From: Candidatus Heimdallarchaeota archaeon
GTDB lineage: Archaea; Asgardarchaeota; Heimdallarchaeia; Hodarchaeales; Hodarchaeaceae
Length of the DNA: 64,000 bases
Assembly: GCA_011364965.1 (NCBI GenBank)
Contig: RDOB01000007.1
Location: 1 to 64,000 of the forward strand
Direction of reading: 5' to 3'
Position numbers and translations under genes: made by a program. Below are positions 58,483 to 64,000 of this stretch, in pieces (within the stretch, counting starts at the first letter, position 1; every line of letters begins with the position of its first letter). The notes beneath the pieces are model-generated. The model saw only the letters and a list, made by a program, of their open reading frames with translations, did no database searches and was not told the origin of the DNA.

Positions 58483-60600
58483 TTAACTGATCGGTGTTCC
58501 ATTTGAAACATCGATATCTGGAACTAATAATCCCAAATTCTCTCCATCAACAGCAGCGAGTAACATACCTTCAGACCGAACCCCACGAATAGTTGCAGGT
58601 TCTAAATTGACAACCACAACAATTCGTTGGCCAACTAGCTTTTCAGGGACTCTATGGGTTGCTATACCAGCGACAAGCTGTCTTATTCCGATCTCTGGAC
58701 CAAGATTAACCTCTAGTTTCAATAATTTCGTTGCTTTCGGAATTAGTTCTGCTTTTACAATAGTACCTACTCTCAAATCAAGCTTTTGAAAATCTTCAAA
58801 GGGAATAGTTTGAGTTTTATCTTTCATTTTGATCTTTCCTTTAAATTCTTTATTCTTTTGAGGTTTATTGAGTTGTACGAGTTGTTTTTGTAATTCATTA
58901 ATATCTATCTTGGCAAAGAATGGTTTAGTCTTTTTTACTTGTTGTCCAGGTTTTAAAATTAATTTTCCTGCTTCACTAAGTTGCTGGGATGCTGCAGTTC
59001 CCTCTAAATTAAGGGCGTTCCAGAGCTTTTCAACTGTTTCAGGAATGATGGGAGAAAAAATAATGGCTAAAGTCCGTAAAGACTGAGCGCACAAAGAGAG
59101 AGTCGTGTCAACAGCAGTGGGATCAGTATCAATTAATTTCCAAGGTTCTTTTGCACTAAGATAGGCATTTGCCGTGCGTGCGAAATCCAACATGGCCCCA
59201 ACCGCTTTTTTATATTCAAAATGATCAAACTGGTCAGCAACAAGATCAGGGACCTTATGGATAGAATCAACAAAGTCACGATCTAACTCATCAAGTCGAT
59301 GGCATTCAGGAATCTTACCTTGATAGAATTTTCGTAGTAAAACAAAGATTCGATGAATATAATTACCTAGGACATCATTCAGGTCAATATTAACTCTTTG
59401 TTCAAAATCCTCCCAAGTAAACGTTGAATCACGAATTTCAGGCCTTGTAGCTGCTAGGTAATACCGCCAGTAATCTGTAGGTAATAATTTGGCTGCATCA
59501 TCGATCCAGATCCCGATGCCCCGAGATTTACTAAATTTATCCTCTTCAAATAATAAAAATTCAGTTGTACTGACATTATATGGCAATACAAAGGGCTTAC
59601 CATACGAATCTTCGACCCCTAAAAGAAGCGCAGGGAAGAGCAAAGTATGGAAAAATATATTATCTTTACCAATGAAAAAAATAGTTTTTGTATTTTGATT
59701 AAGCCAATAATCCTTCCAAAAATCAGGATTCAAGTGATCTTGTTCACCAAGAGCAGCAGAAGCAGATACATAGCCCAGAACAGCTTCTAACCATACATAA
59801 ATGGATTTTCCTTCTGCTCCTGGAATCGCCTTTCCTGCAGGAATACCCCAATCAAGGTCTCGAGTTAATGCTCTTGGGGCTAAACCTTCATTCAGGATGT
59901 TTTCTGAAAATTTACGAGCATTCTCAGGAAGTTGTTTATTATTTTGAATATAGCTTGAAAGCTGATCTTGGAAAGCACTGAAATTATAATACCATTGATT
60001 GCTTTTTTTCACAATAGGCGTATTTCCACAGATTTTACACACAGGATTAATTAATTCGACAGGATTAAGAGGTTTTCCACAAGCAGGAGCATCACACTGG
60101 TCACCACGTGCACCGCTAACCCCACAGTGAGGACAAACACCTTCAACAAATCGATCAGGTAAATATCTTTGATCCTGAAGACAATAAAGCTGTTCTACCT
60201 CTTCAGAATAGATATAACCATTTTTAAAACATCTATTGTAAAAATCTTGAACCCAAGAGTAATGGAAAGGGTCAGCAGTTGTTCTATAATTCAATCGGAC
60301 ATTCCATTGATCAAGTAGATCGAGAATTCGCGAATGATTCCGCGCAACTAATTCTTGAGGTGGAATTCCTTCACGAATTGCCGAAACCTCGATAGGAGTC
60401 CCATGACAATCAGATCCCGTTGCAGAAATAACATCTGCGCCACGTAATGTGAGGTAACGGACATAGATGTCGGCACTAAGAAGATGCAAAACAGTTCCTA
60501 GATGAGGAATTGCATTTACATAGGGCCATGCAGGGCAAATAACAAATTTTTGGGCTTTTAGATCTTCCAAACTAGTCACATCCTTCGTGTTGAATATCAA
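58483..60600 (-). CDS. metG: Methionyl-tRNA synthetase with C-terminal tRNA-binding domain
   Basis: AWPYVNAIPHLG, Zn knuckles, YVWLEA, GKDNIFFH, KFSKS, LDLRVG. Confidence 0.97.
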   Translation of the reverse strand: MIFNTKDVTSLEDLKAQKFVICPAWPYVNAIPHLGTVLHLLSADIYVRYLTLRGADVISATGSDCHGTPIEVSAIREGIPPQELVARNHSRILDLLDQWNVRLNYRTTADPFHYSWVQDFYNRCFKNGYIYSEEVEQLYCLQDQRYLPDRFVEGVCPHCGVSGARGDQCDAPACGKPLNPVELINPVCKICGNTPIVKKSNQWYYNFSAFQDQLSSYIQNNKQLPENARKFSENILNEGLAPRALTRDLDWGIPAGKAIPGAEGKSIYVWLEAVLGYVSASAALGEQDHLNPDFWKDYWLNQNTKTIFFIGKDNIFFHTLLFPALLLGVEDSYGKPFVLPYNVSTTEFLLFEEDKFSKSRGIGIWIDDAAKLLPTDYWRYYLAATRPEIRDSTFTWEDFEQRVNIDLNDVLGNYIHRIFVLLRKFYQGKIPECHRLDELDRDFVDSIHKVPDLVADQFDHFEYKKAVGAMLDFARTANAYLSAKEPWKLIDTDPTAVDTTLSLCAQSLRTLAIIFSPIIPETVEKLWNALNLEGTAASQQLSEAGKLILKPGQQVKKTKPFFAKIDINELQKQLVQLNKPQKNKEFKGKIKMKDKTQTIPFEDFQKLDLRVGTIVKAELIPKATKLLKLEVNLGPEIGIRQLVAGIATHRVPEKLVGQRIVVVVNLEPATIRGVRSEGMLLAAVDGENLGLLVPDIDVSNGTPIS

Positions 60601-60809
60601 TCGTTAATCCCAGGCACCATTGAACCTGAATCCGTTGCTCGCGAAGAAAAAAAGGTTTTATCAGTGCAATCTGAGACAACTGACGACAACATAGAGGGAT
60701 GCGTGAAATTAGAAGAGAGAAACTAATTTGAGTAAAGCATTTGGCAATCCCACACTGGTTATCGCCTCCAGTATCCTTTTAATAATGTCAATATAAATGA
60801 CTTTCGATT

Positions 60810-61574
60810 ATGCCCAATATTGAAGTAATTTCATTTGATCTGTGGAATACACTTTGTTACGCCAAACGGCCAGTAAAGTGGGACATAGAAGCAGAAATAC
60901 AGGCACTCTGGAGAATGTTGCCAACAGCTCCCCGAGCAATAACAGTAGAGACATTTATAGAGGCATATAAAGCAAGATCAACAAGAATACAACCAGTAGG
61001 ATTAAAAACGAGTTACAAAGAGCAAAGGACTGATCAAATAGTATTAGATGTATTGAGGAAACTGGGACTTCTAGATACAGAGAAATTGGAAAAATTTGCA
61101 CAAGATTTGATCTCCGAGTACTTTAAGAGGCAATTAAAGTGGATCTACATCTATCCTGGAGTACATGACTTACTAACAAGATTAAAACAGAAAAATTACA
61201 CACTAATCTTGATCTCGGATCATCAGTGGCCTTCAGATGGAAATGCTGTTCTTCAAAAACATGATCTGAAGAAATATTTTACAAATGTAGTTTTTTCTGG
61301 GGAAATTGGATATCACAAGCCAAGTCCTCAAATTTTTCAAGCAGGAGTGAAAGGAATTAACCTTTCTAATCCAACAAAACTACTGCATGTAGGAGACGAT
61401 TACTATCGGGACATTGAGGGCATTATCAAGTTTGGTGGAAAAGCTGTATGGATAGACTCCTGGACGGACTCAGATTATCAACGAATGAAGGATAGAAGAC
61501 CAAAAATCACAAAGGAAAGATCAGAGGAAATAATTGCTATTATAAGGGATTTAAGGGAGTTTCCAGATGTATGA
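60810..61574 (+). CDS. HAD-IA hydrolase
   Basis: SFDLWNTL, HKPSPQIF, LHVGDDYYRDIEG. Confidence 0.9.
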   Translation: MPNIEVISFDLWNTLCYAKRPVKWDIEAEIQALWRMLPTAPRAITVETFIEAYKARSTRIQPVGLKTSYKEQRTDQIVLDVLRKLGLLDTEKLEKFAQDLISEYFKRQLKWIYIYPGVHDLLTRLKQKNYTLILISDHQWPSDGNAVLQKHDLKKYFTNVVFSGEIGYHKPSPQIFQAGVKGINLSNPTKLLHVGDDYYRDIEGIIKFGGKAVWIDSWTDSDYQRMKDRRPKITKERSEEIIAIIRDLREFPDV

Positions 61575-62585
61575 AAATCAAATCAGACAGAAAACATAAA
61601 AATGGTATGAAAGACCAGAATAAACAGAAATCCACCTCCCCTCAGGAAGAGAAATACAAGTAAAAACAAAGAAAAGCAATGGAATATACATACCAACACA
61701 TTATCTAAAAAATCTGTTGGAAAGAATTTATGATTAAGGGTTTCTTAAGATAGGAATAAGGAATAATAAAAGGGTAAACTTATCTTAAAAAAATGGTAAA
61801 AATTCCAATAAAATTTGTGAAAATTGAATAAATGAAAGCAAAAGGAACCGAACATAGAGAAATCATAAAAAATTAAAGAAAAATGTTTTAAAGGAGAAGA
61901 AAAGAAAGCATACATGAGAGTGGAAAGACACGCTCACTCAACAAGATGATGAAACGAGTCTTGTAAAAGAAAAGTGGAGCCTTGGAGGAATAAAAACTCC
62001 CAAAAGGAGCTAAAATATCCAGAAAAATCCTTCCAAGAACCCCGACATGCAAACCATGGAGTCCTGGCTCGTAGAAAATTCCTTTTCTAATCAAGAGTCA
62101 GGATTCCCTCCCTCCCCCCTCCTTGTGCATTTTTAACCTTTCTTTTCTACATTAAAAACAATTTCGATTTTTTTTACTGTTTCAGTCCCCTAATATAACC
62201 CTATCTCCCTATTCGGCCCGTTCAGTGCCTTTTTCTCTTTAATTCCGCCTTTTTTCGAGAGTTTATAATATTACATTCCTCTAATTTTCCAGAAGTAAAA
62301 AAAAGGTTTTTTTTCCCCTTTTGGGCTTGACGCCGCATAACCACAATCCACCAACCTGTACCGCCATTATATGAGTCATTAGTATCGTAGAACCGACGTG
62401 ATGATAACTAGAATGCTGATTTCTACCTTTTAACTAAAATGATTCAGAGGATTATGCAACATTGCGTGATATGTATTTATCATAGTAAAAAAAGTTAAGG
62501 AGTACTGACCCTGTCTTGTTAGAACAATAACAGTGAAAATTAGATCAAATAGTCTCTAAACCAATTATTGTCAATCAGCTTCCCA

Positions 62586-63419
62586 TCAGTACTTAGGTGA
62601 AATTGGGTAATTACTGATTAGCAATTCAGTATTGCGTTGAACTGTATTTTTCATATTACTGGAAATTATGTAACTATAAACATAATATTCTGAGAAGAAG
62701 TCTTGTATAGTTGGAGAATCTCGATTCGAGAGAATCCATAAATTAGTTATGTCATCAAGATATGATTTTAAAGTTCTCCAGTCAATATTATTCATCCCTT
62801 TTCCATATAAATTCCCTTTTTTCGATGTGTCAAAATAAGGAGGATCAAGATACCACATTACTTCTTGATCAGTTAAAATTGAAGCACTTCGTTTAAAAAC
62901 TTCCGAATAGTCCAGATTGGTAATTTCAACTGGATAACGATTAAGTATCTTATGAATGGATCTCATTTTATCAGGTTTATTAATCTGCCAATTAGAATGA
63001 GCTTTTTTAATGCTATATCCCCCTCCAGCTCCATTAGGAGAACAGCTCAGAATTATTAACTTTTTTATTGCCCGTTCCAAAAGTGAAGTGGGTCTTTTTT
63101 GTTTCCACTGGAAATAATCTTCGCGGGTTATCAGGGGAAGTATTCGAATGTATTCGTTTAATTCCTCTAAAAGGTCAGCATCTTGAATACACTTGAGTAG
63201 TGCAAATATTTCAGGGTCTTTATCATTCAACCAAGCTTCTTTAGCTTTAGGTGAAACTTGGATGAAAAAATTGGCCAAACCTGTGAATGGTTCAATTAAA
63301 AAGGGGATTTCAGGTGGAATTGAACCAAATAAAGCCCAATATTTTTTTGTATTGCTTTTAGCACCAGGATAACTAGCAATAGTTAGTTTTGAAGGGATTT
63401 GCATATTGAAAGCCATCAT
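62586..63419 (-). CDS. Dam/D12-class N6-adenine DNA methyltransferase
   Basis: SYPGAKS, IEPFTG, LNDKD, YLDPPY, ELLISNY. Confidence 0.88.
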   Translation of the reverse strand: MMAFNMQIPSKLTIASYPGAKSNTKKYWALFGSIPPEIPFLIEPFTGLANFFIQVSPKAKEAWLNDKDPEIFALLKCIQDADLLEELNEYIRILPLITREDYFQWKQKRPTSLLERAIKKLIILSCSPNGAGGGYSIKKAHSNWQINKPDKMRSIHKILNRYPVEITNLDYSEVFKRSASILTDQEVMWYLDPPYFDTSKKGNLYGKGMNNIDWRTLKSYLDDITNLWILSNRDSPTIQDFFSEYYVYSYIISSNMKNTVQRNTELLISNYPISPKY

Positions 63420-63810
63420 ACGTTGCTTCTTTATTGTTCTTAAAACAATTGCGTTAGAGTAAAGATATCTTTTTTATATTCAAGGTCACTAAATCTTCCC
63501 CAGCTTTTAATTTATTTTCTATGACATACCCTGAATTGTTCCTTGAATTAATTTTTATTACCAAATCATATAGCCTTAAAAAAATATATCTGAGGAATAT
63601 TCAGCTGGAACATTACTGAAAGACCCTTTTGCCTAGGAATAAGCCCATTTGGAAATAAATGGGTATTTTTGATGTATTTAATTTAGATCAAGCAAATCAA
63701 AAATTAAAGCAGTAGGGTGAAGAGGAATGGTTCCCCTTAACGATTCCTACCTTTTACCTATGATAATGTTCATTCATAACAAATAAAACCTAATCATCTT
63801 TTTTGGATTA

Positions 63811-64000
63811 CTAAGTCTTTTCTGCAATAAAGAGAGCATATCCAATTCCCTTTTTTCTTACAAATTTCATGATCTCTTGGAATTTTTCTTCGTCTTCCAT
63901 CTCTATTGCACGAACTACTATTAATTTATTTAATAGATTTCGATATTCATCTGAAAAATCGATTACTTGGACGTTTACAAAACCTGCTTCTTTCATTATC
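63811..64000 (-). CDS. C-terminal end of a probable class I SAM methyltransferase (runs off the window end)
   Basis: MKEAGFVNVQVID...GYALFIAEK is a typical methyltransferase C-terminus. Confidence 0.55.
   Translation of the reverse strand, partial: IMKEAGFVNVQVIDFSDEYRNLLNKLIVVRAIEMEDEEKFQEIMKFVRKKGIGYALFIAEKT

Noticed and set aside
61888-62094. 68-aa minus-strand ORF in the gap
   Set aside because: No motif; its hydrophobic tail simply mirrors the A-rich plus strand
1-64000. Many short antisense or nested ORFs in the track; CRISPR arrays and rRNA genes
   Set aside because: The short ORFs shadow well-supported genes on the other strand or frame; I saw no repeat-spacer array or rRNA-like sequence

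Overview
A mostly core-genome segment of an AT-rich archaeon. It is very likely Asgard (Heimdallarchaeia/Hodarchaeales-like), inferred from a eukaryote-like EF-2, a Mak16/eL28-family protein, an EMC6/Rab5ip-like protein, a roadblock protein and PGF-like C-terminal anchors. The window opens in the 3' end of an ISH3/IS4-type transposase. It then has a ~15 kb cluster of six C-terminally anchored surface proteins around an AfuABC/FbpABC-type importer: an S1/P1-type nuclease, three calcineurin-like phosphoesterase paralogs, a substrate-binding protein and a GIFT-like protein. One phosphoesterase is catalytically degenerate and apparently circularly permuted. This cluster is the best candidate for an undescribed system, probably for harvesting extracellular nucleic acids or other phosphoesters. 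The rest is mainly translation, ribosome biogenesis and replication genes (RIO2, Sm, eS26, EF-2, eS19, Elf1, RPA, Trm1, RlmE, SRP19, aIF5B, eS6, aIF2-gamma, PIN, eL42, eS30, MetRS), plus a deoC-AOR operon. I read four tRNA genes: Arg-TCG, Thr-TGT, an intron-containing initiator Met, and a Pro-TGG with two non-canonical introns. I also read two box C/D sRNAs; one sits directly behind mak16 and is predicted to guide methylations equivalent to yeast 25S Am2256 and Gm2288. All family calls come from motifs recognised by eye; no searches were run.
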